From Felis catus (Eukaryota), in assembly GCF_018350175.1 (NCBI RefSeq), contig NC_058368.1:57166001-57230000 (forward strand): 64,000 nucleotides of DNA, in the 5' to 3' direction. Under the pieces are notes generated by a model. The model was given only the letters and a program-made list of their open reading frames with translations. It did no database searches and was not told where the DNA came from. Each line of letters opens with the position of its first letter. The stretch's first letter is position 1. Positions 37,137-49,785 of this stretch are shown here, piece by piece. The position numbers and the translations under genes were made by a program.

Positions 37137-37359
37137 GGAGCATCTGGGTGGTTCAGTCAGTTAAGTGTCCAACTCCTGACTTTAGCTCAAATAGTGATCT
37201 AATAGTTTGTGATTTCTCACCCCGCATCCAACTCTGCACTGACAGCATGGAGCCTGCTTGGGATTCTGTCTGCCTCTCTCTCCGCCCCTCCCCCTCTTGC
37301 TCTCTTTCTCTCTCTCTCTCAAAATAAATAAAAATAAACTTTAAGAAATTAAAAAAAAA
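37137..37359 (+). mobile_element. Can-SINE
   Basis: diverged head GGAGCATCTGGGTGGTTCAG, CT tract, A tail. Confidence 0.92.
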
Positions 37360-37499
37360 TGCAATGACTCTTGTTGCCTATCAGATTTTAGCTTATCTAC
37401 AATATTACCCCCGCCTTGCTTTTTTTATACTTCCAAGTGACTATTATCTTTGGCATTTGATACATTAAAGCTGAAAGGTTATTAGGTAGAAATTAAAAG

Positions 37500-37745
37500 C
37501 ATGCAGAGGGAATACATCATTTCAAATATGTGTCTACTACATACCAAACCGGAGCTGGCTGATCTATATTTACTTCCTGAGTTGTTCCCCCCATAAAATA
37601 CCACAAGGAAGGCTTTATCCTTATTTTATAGGTGAGGGCCTATGATGGAGTGATGTTAAGGAATTTAAATAGGTTTACTTGATTTCAAGTTGACTCCTAT
37701 TTTCATGTAATCTTAGGCATGGCTTCTCTCTGCTCTACAGCATCC
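37500..37745 (-). mobile_element. MIR fragment
   Basis: TTATCCTTATTTTATAGGTGAGG core. Confidence 0.55.
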
Positions 37746-38129
37746 ATTACAGTGACCTTGATGGTTTATTAATGTTGTTGAATTCCAGTCCGAAGGAACT
37801 CCTACAGCAAAGATCCTCCATTTTATTCTCTTTAACCAACATGCTTGACAGAAGGCTTGGCACATACAACGAATGTTAAAAAAAATACTTTTTTTGAGTG
37901 AATTGAACACATGCATATTTTTTTCACTGACAACTTAAATCTTAAAGACATTTTAAATCTTTGAAGATTTGAGAAAATTATGTCTGTAAAAAATGAATAC
38001 ATTCAATAATTAAGTGCCAGCTGCTCACCTGGCACAATTCTAGGCCCTGGAGAAACACTAACTAGCAAAGTAGTAAATTCATAAAACTTAGGCTATAACT
38101 GGGCTAAATAGACAAAAAAATTAAATGTA

Positions 38130-38154
38130 AAGAAAACGTGATACACACACACAG

Positions 38155-38186
<32 letters not shown>

Positions 38187-38722
38187 AATGGAATATTATT
38201 CACCCATAAAAGACAAGGAAATCCTAATATTTATGACAACATGGATCAACCTTGAGGGCACCATGCTAAATGAGAAAAACAAATATTGTATAATCTCACT
38301 TATAAGTGGAATCAAAACAAACACACAGAAAAACAAATTCATAGGTACAGAGAACCAATTGGCAATTGCCAGAGGCGAGGGAGCGGGGGGGGGGGGGGGG
38401 TGGGGGTGGGGTAGGGAAGAATGGGGAGGAGGTGGTCAAAAGTACAAACTTCCAGTTATAAGATAAGTAACTTTTGGGGATGTAATGTACAGAGTAGTGA
38501 CTATAGTTAACAATACTGCACTGTATATTTGAAAGTTGCTAAACGAGTAGATCTTAAAAGTTCTCATCATGAGAAAAAAATAACTGTATTTGGTGATGAT
38601 GTTAACTAAATTTACCGTGGTAATAATTTTGCAATATATACATGTATCAAATTATTATGCTGCATACCTAAAACTAAAACAATACAATGTTATAGGTTAA
38701 TTATATCACAATAAAAAAGAAA
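38130..38722 (+). mobile_element. L1 3' end (L1MA9/old carnivore L1-like)
   Basis: ORF2 C-terminal remnant MEYYSPIKDKEILIFMTTWINLEGTMLNE, then 3' UTR TACAAACTTCCAGTTATAAGATAAGT...CAATAAA. Confidence 0.92.
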
Positions 38723-38993
38723 GAAAATTTAAACATGCTATATATATATATAATATTATTATATTATATTGTATATAATATAATATACATATATATTATA
38801 CATATACATATATATACATATATATACATATATATTGTATATATATACATATATATTGTATATATATAATATATATTGTATATATATAATATATATTGTA
38901 TATATATAATATATATTGTATATATATATATAATATATATATATAAAATATTATATATATATAGCATGTTTAAATTTTCTTTCTTTTTATTGT
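38708..38993. repeat. Inverted repeat (38708-38740 and 38962-38993) enclosing a TA-rich tract
   Basis: ACAATAAAAAAGAAAGAAAATTTAAACATGCTA versus TAGCATGTTTAAATTTTCTTTCTTTTTATTGT (one-base indel). Confidence 0.92.
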
Positions 38994-39012
38994 ATATATA
39001 TATTATATATAT

Positions 39013-39058
<46 letters not shown>
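38739..39058. repeat. Complex (TA)n tract with ~20-bp sub-repeats
   Basis: ATATATTGTATATATATAAT-like units repeated, then pure (TA)n. Confidence 0.95.
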
Positions 39059-39062
<4 letters not shown>

Positions 39063-39266
39063 GACAAGGGAAAGGGAGAAGGTTTGTGGCAGCTGAAATC
39101 TAGAACTTTAAATGAGGTCATGACAGACTGCCTTAAAAAGATGTCCATTTGAGCAAAACTCTTGAAGAAGTGAAGGAGCCAGCCACATAGATATTTAATA
39201 TGATGGGTAATTCTAGGCAAGGGGAAAAGGAAGTGTACAGGCTGTAGAGCAGAATTAGGTAAATAG

Positions 39267-39721
39267 TGTAGGGGCTAAAGGTGGGCCCCAAGATGGGCCA
39301 CTTTGGCATTAACATTATTTTGAGTCAAAAAGAATCAAAACCCAGTAGATGTAAGACAAGCTCTCTTCCCGGTCCTCAACATTGGGAAGGAGACCCTGTA
39401 CCAGAAGAGAACTATTAACAGAGACTTCCCCTTTACTTAAGAGACTTATGTGCATAATAGGGCAACCTTTGTTTTGAAAACATCCCCTTTTACCTTCCTG
39501 CTAATGGCCTTCCTCCCTTTTATATTTTCAGATCCTACCCTTCTCCTTAGGTCATATAAGCTTCATGTTGCCTCCCTGCCTTTGCAATGTCATTTCTGTG
39601 TGGATTCCCCATACATATGCTATTAAATTTTATTTTTCTCCTGTTAGTCTCTTTCATATCATCTTGATTCTAAGGCCAGCTGGAAGGACCACAGGGCAGA
39701 GGGAATTCTTCCTCCCCAACA
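39267..39721 (+). mobile_element. MER34-like solo LTR (different subfamily from the provirus LTRs)
   Basis: TG...CA ends; CCCCAAGATGGGCCACTTTGGCATTAACATTATTTTGAG; ends TTCCTCCCCAACA; TSD ATAG/ATAC. Confidence 0.85.
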
Positions 39722-42700
39722 ATACCTAATACTTCCGAGGAGCAGCAGGAAGGCCAGTATATTGTAAGAGTAAGACACAGGTTTTGGAGTGGGAAATGAG
39801 GTCAGCAAAGGTCAGAATAATGTAATGTAATGCACTGTGGGTCTTGGTAAGGACTTTGCCTTTCCTCTGCTTAAGATGGAAGTGATTAAAGATTTTAATC
39901 AGAGCTGTGGTGTGTTCTAAATTGCAATCCAAAGAATCCCTTGGCTGCACGAGTACGTGGGGGCTTGGTGAAAGGACTGGCAGACTGGAGAAGGAAGGCA
40001 GAAGCAGGAACACCGATGAGGAGGACATTTCAATCATGCAAAAGGTTACATAAGATAGTGGTTTTCCAGAGTGGAAGCAGTGGAGTTGGGAGAAGAGGTC
40101 AGATTCTAAATTTGCTTTTCAAGTAGAACCAACAAAATTTGCCAACAATATTAGACATGGGATGGGGGAGAAAGAAAGGAATTAGGAACAATATCAGACT
40201 TTGGCTTGTGCTTCTCAAATTGTCCATTTCCATGATGCTGAAGACTACGAAAGAGGTAGGTTTGAGGGGAAGTGCCATGAGGTCACTTTTGCACATGACA
40301 CATTGGGATACCTGCTAGACATGTCTGCAGATAAATGTATGAGCCTAATGTTCAGGGAAGAGGTCCAGTCTGGAGATCTAAATTTAGTAGTTATCACTGT
40401 ATAGGTAATTAATTTTATGAGTCCGGATGAGAACACCAAAACAGTAGTTATATATAGAAAAAAGAAGAAAGGCAAGAAGTAAGCCCTGGGGGTGCTCAAA
40501 AGTGAAGAGGTTAGGGAGATGAGGTAGAATGAACAAAGGGACAGAGAGAGTAGCCAATGTGGCAGGGCGGGGTAGGGGGTAGGGGGAAGTAAACTAGAAG
40601 ATAGCAGAGTTTTGGAAGGCAAGCAAAAAACAGTGTTTGAAGAAGAGAAAAAATTATCTGTTTCAAATGCTATTGATAATTCATGTAAGATAAGACTGAG
40701 GAATGGCAAGTAAAATTTACAGTGTGATAGTCCTCTGTAACCTTAAAAGAACAGTTTCAGAGGAATGGGTCAGACAAGCCTAATGGAGGGTTTAAGGATA
40801 AAATAAAGGAAGTGAATTTGGAGATAGCAAGTAGTAAATCTGCAAGATGTTCTGTTTTCAAGGGGAATAGAAAAATGAAGTAGTATAATGCTAGAGACAT
40901 ATGGATCAAAGGAGAAAGCACTGTACCATTTTTAAAAGAATATGGGGAAGTTACAAAGGCAATTAGCTCAGATATTCCATACATGTTATATTTAAGTTCT
41001 TAAATAACAAGAACCAGGTCAAGATACACATAAAAAAATAATAGTAGGCAATTATTCTAAACAATGATAATTTTCTCTTGAGCAAACAAATTTCCATACT
41101 CAAAATGTAGAAAACTAGTAGAACTATTACATATTTAACTTTAAAAAGATTTGAAAAATATTGATGATGAAATATCCATTGAGCAAAAAAATAAGTCCTA
41201 GTCTAGGTATTTATATGGTCAATGAATATACTAGAAAGTCATATTTAAGTATATATGGTAATAATTCAAAATTAAATAATGAGGATGTAGGATGTGTTAC
41301 AGTGATGTATAGCTCTAAGGGTTATGGTCTCTCATATTTTGGTAAATAGATCATTGGATTACAAAGAGAAGCTGCGAAAAAACTGTAGATAACATTTTCT
41401 AATCTGATGAGAATTTAAAGTAGTTTGGTTATTTGGGTTGTAGCTGATCAATTAAAATCACAACACTATATGGCTTAAAAGAAGTAATAAGATCATAATA
41501 AAACTTTTAAAGGCTAGAAGAAAACTTTTAGAGCTTAATTAATCCCATTACTTTTAATACACAGTTATCATTCTAGTAATACAAAGTGACATTTGGGGTA
41601 AAATATTTATCTTTTTAAAAACTGGCTTCTAGAATACTACACTTAGGTGTTAGTAAACCTCGTTTAACCATCTAACTTATTAGTACCCAGTTATTCTGTC
41701 ATTGGTGAAAATCAAATAAGGTAACAAAACAAAAATCTTTATATCATGTCTACAAATTGAATATACACCAACTACTTAATGAGACAGTGTAAAGATGACT
41801 AAATAAGAATGACATCTCATAATTTGGTAAGCCTTTCTTCCATCCCTGTGCTGTATCCCCACCCTTAGTGGAAGAAGGGCTATGATGAAGACATCTGGAC
41901 AGGGACTAATACTATTTTCTCAGATGACCTCCTCAAGTGGGGCCTAAAGGAAAGATCCAAGCTAAAAGACTCCATTAGATATTTCCTTGGAGAATAATAT
42001 GGTTATTCTTGAAATGCTGCAAAGGAAATAACTATAGTAAATCTGATTTAAAGAGGGCAATTAAGTTAGAATTATTCAGTTCCAAGAAGTGGCTAAGGAA
42101 ATATAGTCTATAATTGTAAAAGCTTGTTACTAACAAATCACTCCTTTATATCACAAGTGTATGACCTAGAAAGCTGTAGCTTCAGTAAACTTATGGACCT
42201 GGGCATTTACTGCTATTTCTTATTTAATCCTGTGACTGAAACTGAGCACCAAATAAATCTGTCCATAAGAAGATATGTGTCAAATCTCTAAATAAATTAA
42301 ACTAGTCAATTTATGGGAAGCTTGGAATAAGAAGGATGCAATTCTATTGACTGAATGAATAAAGAAAACTCAGGAAATACTTTAAGCAATTTTGCCACAT
42401 CAGATTAATTCTGGTGATGGAAGAAATATGCATTGAACATTTATTGGCCTAATATAATATACTGTATATATCTTTTATGAAATTAATTCATTTTACTTGG
42501 ATTTCTGTTTGATAACTTCAAACCCTAAACTTACTGGGTTTTTATCATTTTGCTTTGTTTTGTTTTTTGTTTGGGTTCTTTTTTTTTTTTTAGTTGCACA
42601 GCTATATATATCTAGATTTACTGGGAACATTTCTGATGTCAAATATTCACTATATTGTACTAATAAGAGCTAAACCGTGTGTTTTGGTTTTTGATTTGGA

Positions 42701-42827
42701 AAACATAGCCACTAAATTACTAGATCCCTTCAGAAAAGAGATTGGCATTAAAGTAGTTATTTTAGAATAAATTTTATTAACTTAAAAGGGAGAAAGAGAG
42801 GGAGACAGAGATACTGGTTGATTCACT

Positions 42828-42847
42828 GATTGATTGATTGATTGATT
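42828..42847. repeat. (GATT)n microsatellite
   Basis: direct reading. Confidence 0.8.
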
Positions 42848-43226
42848 CAAATGGTCTGGGTACAGAGATGGCCTCAGAGATTGAAAAAGAAAAAAAGCAG
42901 CCATTAACATTGTAATAAAATGAAGAGTAAACAAAAAGATGGTGTGCCTCTTGGAGACTTGTATCTTCCACAGTGCCAAGCAAATACAGAAACCATTCAC
43001 TTTCAAAGTCAATTCTATTATCAGTAATTTTTAAAGAATGTGCATGTGCTTTGGAAAGACATTCATCCCAGTTTTTCCCAGCCCTCTCCAGTTTCATCAC
43101 TGAAAGTCCTATATCCCTGGGAATTCCTCAGTCTAGGACAAACTGGGAATGCTGGCGTGTGTTGGTGACCTCAAAAGAAAACTTTTCATTTAATTAATTA
43201 GTGATTCTAAAATAGGGTACACATTA

Positions 43227-43440
43227 GGGGTCCTGGGTGGTCAGTTGGTTAAGCATCTGACTTTGGCTCAGGTCATGATTTCCTGGTTCATGAGACAGAG
43301 CCCCTCATTGGGCTCTCCTGTCAGAGCATGGAGCCCACTTTGGATCCTGTCTTCCTCTCTCTCTGCCCCTCCCCTGCTTGCACACTCACACTTTCTCTCT
43401 CTCTCAAAAATATATAACATTTAAAAAATTATAAAAAATA
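43227..43440 (+). mobile_element. Can-SINE
   Basis: full length; degenerate TSD AAAATAGGGTACACA/AAAATACAGTACACA. Confidence 0.93.
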
Positions 43441-45230
43441 AAATACAGTACACAATAAATTGAGAATTACTTGGTATAAACAATAAAAAATAGTTATATC
43501 TTGGCTATTGATAGAATAAATAGACAGTCAAAAACATATACAGAATCACATTTGTCAAATAACAAACATGCCAATTTTAAGAACACTTATGAATTTAATT
43601 TTCTTCCTGTACATATTCACTTTTTTTTTTGCTATATCCCCAGTAGAACTATAGTTCAAAATTAAGTCACTTTTGGCTTAAGTCTCTATAACAGCTTCTT
43701 TACATCCTGTCCTTTCTCCATTTATTTTATCAGTTAAGAATAGTTTTCCACATTTTGACTTTACTGTGCACTCTACTTATAAAAACAATAAAGTGATCAC
43801 ATTTTGACACCTAATCAAAGCATATGATGCTTTCCAAAACCTTTCTTCCTTTTGTCTAGTTTGCTTTAACTTCAGTTATACACAAAAAGCACTGATTAGG
43901 AATGCTACTTCCTGACCCCCAGTTACTCATTTCCTTCCACTATTGCTATAATAATGATATATCTGTGCTCTGCAATCACTATCTTCCCCAAATTATATTA
44001 TCAGACTCAAACTGTCTTTATAGATCAATATGTATATTGATCATCCATAACCACCTCTTCAAAAAATGCCACTCCACTCCTTATTCGTTATGGCAAGATA
44101 ACAATCTGTTTTCTAAGGAAAAGTTGTCTTTTACATTTTCTGAAACTTAGTCATACTTTGAAAGGGTAATATAAAGAATAAAACAGTGACATTTAAGTGA
44201 AAATAATGGAAAAATTTAAGTTAATAAGAAGGTAGAGGTAGCCTGACGGTGACCTTAGGTCTCTTCAAGCTTGAGTTGTATCTAATGCATGTTCAAGATC
44301 TGATTAACCTAACTGGGTATTTATTTGAATATCTCTATTAGCCCATGATAAGACTAAATTTTCTACAATAAAAATTTTAGGCGTACATTTTATTTTACTT
44401 AATATGTGTGTATTTTCTTCCTTAGTGATTGTACTAAAATAAATGCTAATATCTTACTAAAATATAAAAATTCATTCCTTATTTGTCCTAGTATTTGAAA
44501 CATGTAAAACTGTCTTATTTCTCTACATGTTTTATTTTTAATGTGGAGTAATTAAAATTAAATACTTAGAGCTATAAAATCATAAAGTACTAATAAGTTC
44601 ACAAAACCATAAAATCTAAACTCATTTTATACAATAATGAGCTCCTTTCCAAAATCACCCAAAATTAATTCGGCCTCACACCAGTTACACTTAAAAAATT
44701 TTAAATATAACCTCACAAACACTAATACACTCTAATAAAAATAACATCTCCCTTCTTTCAAAACATTTTGGTAACTAGGCCATGTGAAGAGGCACTTAAA
44801 TACTTAAAAAATTTAAGACAAATACATAGAATTATGTAGTAGTCAGTACCCAGTAAAAAGCAATACTTTTATACTATGTATAAAAGTAAGATTGATGGAA
44901 TATATATTCTTATTTCTTAAAAATCAAGTCAAATTTACAAAAACTACTTTAAAATAGCATTAACAACATTCTGTACATAGTACCTCATGTTGAAAAATGT
45001 ATGTCTGAAGCTTGCATTTTTGAAAGTGGCTTCAATTGCCATATCATGGATATCATTTGTAAGAGGTTGTTGGGTATAATATTTGTTTCTTGGTTGAGTG
45101 TAGCAAACAATGGCTAGACTATGAAGATTGGAAGTTGCCTATGAGACCAGAACCACATTATTATGATGTATATATACATATTTTGGATAGTATATTAGTA
45201 GGCATATTAGTATTAAGAAAAAACTATTTT

Positions 45231-45425
45231 GGGGTTGCCTGCATGGCTCAGTCAGTTGAGCATCCGACTCTTGATTTTTGGCTCAGTTCATGATCCCAGG
45301 GTCATGAGATCGAGCCGTATGTCAGGTTCCATGCTGAGCGTGGAACCTGCTTAAGGTTCTCTCTCTTTCTCTGCCCTTCTCCCCAGCTCACACATGTGCT
45401 CTCTCGCTTTTAAAAAAAAAAAAAA
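45231..45425 (+). mobile_element. Older Can-SINE
   Basis: GGGGTTGCCTGCATGGCTCAG head, GGAACCTGCTTAAGGTTCTCTC, poly-A tail. Confidence 0.92.
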
Positions 45426-45548
45426 GAATAACCATTTCAGTTGACAGTTTTCCTTTAGCAATCTCACAATTCCCTTCGATGTGGAACCATTTGAACTGTT
45501 CCCATATTAATCTACTTAGAAAAGGACTAACATTGCATTTGGCATTTT

Positions 45549-45761
45549 ATTTTTATAATTTTTTTAAATGTTTATTTGTTTTTAAGAGATAGAGAGCAAG
45601 TGGGGGAGGAGCAGAGAGAGAGGGAGGCACAGAATCTGAAGCAAGTTCCAGGATCTGAGCTCTCAGAATAGAGCCCAATGTGGGGTTTGAACTCACAAAA
45701 TGTGAGATCATGACCTGAGCAGAAGTTGGACACTTAACCGACGGAGCCACCCAGGCGCCCC
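45549..45761 (-). mobile_element. Can-SINE
   Basis: full length; TSD TGCATT(T/C)GGCATT. Confidence 0.95.
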
Positions 45762-47039
45762 TGCATTCGGCATTGTAAAATGTTTGTACATTTTTGTCTG
45801 TGATAAGGGGCAAAATTTCATAAAATACATAATCAACAAAGTATTTTTTTCCCCAGATGGGGACTAGTCTAATGTTTTCTTACACTAGTGGGACATTTTC
45901 TGAATGGCAGGATTCTTCTGTTGCTCCTCTACCTAACATATTCTAGAAAAAGTGAAAGTAGGTCAGGTTATTGTACAAAATATGAACCTGTTATATCTTC
46001 TCTGTGGAAAGCTTACCTAGGCACTGAGACTTTGTGACTATGACAACTGTTACTACATATGTCACTTCAGTTTTTAAGTTCAATCTAAATTCATGATTAC
46101 TTGACTCGTATGAAAACATGTGCTAATTTATCCTTATTAGCAAATAAATTAAACGGAGGTGTCTGAATTTTACTCTCGACAGATTTAGGGAAAATAGAAA
46201 TGTGTCTTGTAATAGTAAAAATAAGTTGGATTATAGTTGCATCTACTAGCTAAAACATTTTGTCATCGCATGATATGTGCCATTGGAAACTGTTAAAAAA
46301 TATCATTATCTTTGAAATCAGTCATAGCACCACTGAAAATTCATTTGATTTATTTTGTTATTATAGTGACAGTAAGAAATGTAATGAGATAATTTGTAAA
46401 GGACAAATACAAATTAATCCTGGAACACTGAAAAATAACTTGGAATTCTATAAAATAACAGTAACCATCATGGGTAAAGTCAATCACTGTTGATTATATG
46501 GAGGCAATTAAATTGGTTCATGACAGAGCATGGAGAAATATGAAGAGCCAAACACCAGTGTTTAAAGAAGAAAATCTTAATACCCTCTATGAAGAAGAAA
46601 GCTCTTAAGGAATAGACCTACACCTTCACACTTACAATACAGATTGCTTTGGAGTGAGTATTTAACTTTGGGCTTATTTTATTTGGGAAATCATGTAGGA
46701 AAATCCATCTATCTGGCTGTTTTTGGTATAAAATTTGTGGCTTATAAGCATCATCTCAAGATAGTCATACACCTACCATTTTTTGAAAATAATACAATGA
46801 TCATTCAAAATATAAATCTTTAAGTTATTTGAAAAATTATATTTCTTAGAAAACATCAAGAGAGCTTGGAATGTGTTACCTTACATCAGAGAAAATGTAA
46901 CATGTTGGACCCAGAATAAGTCTTGAAAAGAGCTGGAAACTGACTCCAGCTTCTCTGTGTTTCCTCAGGAACAGAACAACTCTTGGATCTCTATCTACTA
47001 TCAAAAATATCAGTCATCTTTTCCTGTTCTGTTAGCTTT

Positions 47040-47277
47040 TTTTTTTTTTTAATTTTTTTTTCAACGTTTATTTATTTTTGGGACAGAGAGAGACAGAGCA
47101 TGAACGGGGGAGGGGCAGAGAGAGAGGGAGACAGAGAATGGGAAACAGGCTCCAGGCTCTGAGCCATCAGCCCAGAGCCTGACGCGGGGCTCGAACTTAC
47201 GGCTGGAACTTACGGACCGCGAGGTCGTGACCTGGCTGAAGTCGGACGCTTAACCGACTGCGCCACCCAGGCGCCCC
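47040..47277 (-). mobile_element. Young cat-type SINE (SINEC_Fc-like) with a small internal duplication
   Basis: CpG-rich near-consensus body; TSD CTGTTAGCTTT. Confidence 0.97.
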
Positions 47278-47433
47278 CTGTTAGCTTTGATATAGAGACT
47301 ATGCTGATGATTTTATGTTTGCATAGAGATAATTCCATGTACAACTTACACACAAACATGTTCCATGCTAGTCATAACTTAGGCTTTCAGTAATAGTTGA
47401 TGCATGAATGAAATCCCAAAACATTCCAATTTA

Positions 47434-47654
47434 TTTTTAAAAATTTTTTTTTCAACGTTTATTTATTTTTGGGACAGAGAGAGACAAAGCATGAACGGGG
47501 GAGGGGCAGAGAGAGAGGGAGACATAGAATCGGAAACAGGCTCCAGGCTCTGAGCCATCAGCCCAGAGCCTGACGCGGGGCTGAACTCACGGACCGCGAG
47601 ATCGCGACCTGGCTGAAGTCGGACGCTTAACCGACTGTGCCACCCAGGCGCCCC
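47434..47654 (-). mobile_element. Young cat-type SINE (SINEC_Fc-like)
   Basis: near-consensus; perfect TSD ACATTCCAATTTA. Confidence 0.97.
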
Positions 47655-47703
47655 ACATTCCAATTTAATATCACTTTAAAGCAAGCCACAATACCACCAT
47701 GAT

Positions 47704-47865
47704 CAGGTCATGATCTCACAGATCGTGAGTTCAGGCCCCACATAGGGGCTGATGGTGCAGAGCCTGCTTGACATTCTGTCTCTCTTTCTCTCTGCCCCTC
47801 CCCAACTTGTGCATGTGCACGTGCTCTCTGTCTCTCAAAATAAATAAATAACCTTAAAAATTTTT
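47704..47865 (+). mobile_element. 5'-truncated Can-SINE
   Basis: starts at CAGGTCATGATCTCAC; CT tract and A tail present. Confidence 0.9.
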
Positions 47866-49745
47866 TAAACATATTTACAAATAATATAATTATATACAGC
47901 TATTGTTGCAGGAATCAATCTATAAATTGTTTGATGATATAAATTTTATGTCATAAACAATAGAGAAAATAAGAACAAGTTTATTTACTGGACCATAAGA
48001 TTCTTGAGCACAGGACTATGGTATTATCTCTAGCTCTCGGAGTAGTTTCTATTGAATAGATAACTAAAATGTATGAAAAAAGCATGACTTGCATATGAAC
48101 ATTGTTTCACAAAACAGTTTGTAAATTTATACTGTTCAGCACACAGGGTAAATTTTGGCAAAGAATCCAAAAAGTTTAAGAATTGTAGGGATTTAGGTCT
48201 ACTCATAAAAACCTACAAAATACCTTAACATAACTTATGAGCAGTCTGTACTAGTAATTCCATAGTCAATGATCAACATGCATAGTTCTACATCTTTTTG
48301 TATCTTATTATTACTATGTTTTACCTGCCGACCCCCCTCCAAAATATGACACCTTAGAATAATTGGCCCACTTGGCATTGTCGATTAAGCAATTATTACT
48401 ATGGGAAAATAAAATCAGAATTATAATATTTCAGAAGCACATTTCTGCCACGAGTAAAAATGGGGTTACTTGACCTTTCTACTTGCTATATAATGAGAAC
48501 ACAGATTCTCCAACTGTAAACCACCAGTATCAACTCCTGGGTCTAGTAGAATGTGAAACTAGGGTGAGAATAAGGGCTGTAGACTACAAGAGCAAAAAGC
48601 AGTAGAAACTACAGCCATCTGCCAAGGCAAGCCCCTTCCTCCAAGAATGCAAATCCAATTCCAGTTCTCCACCTTCTTTCCCATCTGCCAACATGAAAAG
48701 AAATTGTGCCTATTGCACCTTCCATTTTCAACACCTATTAAATGTGGCATGAAGTCTCCTCTCTGTTCTGTGAAGAATCAAAATGTCATCTCACAATCTT
48801 ATTAGCAACACAAGAAATGCAAACAAAGTATTTTTAGCTAAACCAATGGAGTACTTTAACCGTAAATAACAATTTGGAAAAATGGAGAGTGAACATTCTC
48901 CCTCTTAGTCTCCCACCTCTCTTATTAGTTTTTCACCTACATTTCAGGGAAACAGGCTCTGGCTATAATAAGAATTTCAAACTAGAAGCTAGGAAAGAAT
49001 CAAGTGTTTTGGCTGGCTTACAAACAGTTTTTCTATTTAAAATTTAAAGATGAGGAAGTTGGTTTAGACTGATCTCTAAGATATCTTCCAAATCAATGAT
49101 TATAATTGAATCCTACAAAACAATAGAATGATTATTAGGCAAATTTCCACTTGGTATAATTTGTGTCCACAAGGAAACACAACCCATACTACAAAATACT
49201 GAACAACTCAATGAAAACTCCAAGTTATTTTAGGAAAATAATTATTGATGCAGAGGAATATTAAAAAGTTTATCTTGTTATTTGTTTCAGAGTGAGACTA
49301 CTTTTTAAGAAAAATCAAAAAACCTTTAGAAGTGTATAATTGCACATAGTCTTTGCTTATTTAGATGTTTATTCTTTATAAAATATTTGGCTTTAAAATC
49401 ACAACCATGTTTTCTATATATGACTGACTCCCAAATATCTTCAGACAAGGTATACTTGGTAGTGTTTGTCCTCATTCTTGTTTTTCACTCACCTCATGAC
49501 CTAAAATTTCTGACATCAATCACAGCTTTAGTCTTTCACAGCTTTATCAAAACTAACTTATGATAGAAATAAACTCCTACCACTGGCCATATACACAAGG
49601 TTTTTATTACTCCTTTAGGGTAAGATGTTTACTTCCATTCACATGAATTAGGAAATCCCTAAATTCTCTTTTTATGATATCCATCTTTTTTGGAAGTGTG
49701 AAAAATTAGGCTATCTTCATCTTGAAATGGATATAGGTATTTATT

Positions 49746-49749
<4 letters not shown>

Positions 49750-49782
<33 letters not shown>

Positions 49783-49785
49783 ACA
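49750..49785. repeat. (CA)n microsatellite
   Basis: direct reading. Confidence 0.95.

Larger units (their letters stand above)
35330..37440 (+). mobile_element. Fragmented L2 interrupted by four SINEs
   Basis: pyrimidine-rich L2 blocks (GGTCATTTCTGATTTCTCCTTC, CCAAATCCAGCAGATTCTACACCTATAATATCTC, CTAACTGGTATCTC). Confidence 0.5.
37995..40960 (-). mobile_element. L2 (about 1.5 kb net), interrupted by an L1, a TA tract and a solo LTR
   Basis: tail at 37995-38125; body CATTTGAGCAAAACTCTTGAAG, GTAAGGACTTTG, GGTCAGATTCTAAAT, GGGAAGAGGTCCAGTCTGGAGAT, TCAAATGCTATTGA. Confidence 0.8.

Noticed and set aside
38188..38466. 92-aa ORF MEYYSPIKDKEILIFMTTW...
   Set aside because: It is the decayed C-terminus of L1 ORF2 running into the 3' UTR, not a gene
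40245..40709. 154-aa hydrophobic ORF
   Set aside because: Lies in pyrimidine-rich L2 sequence; the Leu/Ser/Phe bias reflects base composition
44560..44760. A/C-skewed stretch suggestive of a mitochondrial insertion
   Set aside because: No mitochondrial gene or tRNA sequence recognisable; composition alone is insufficient
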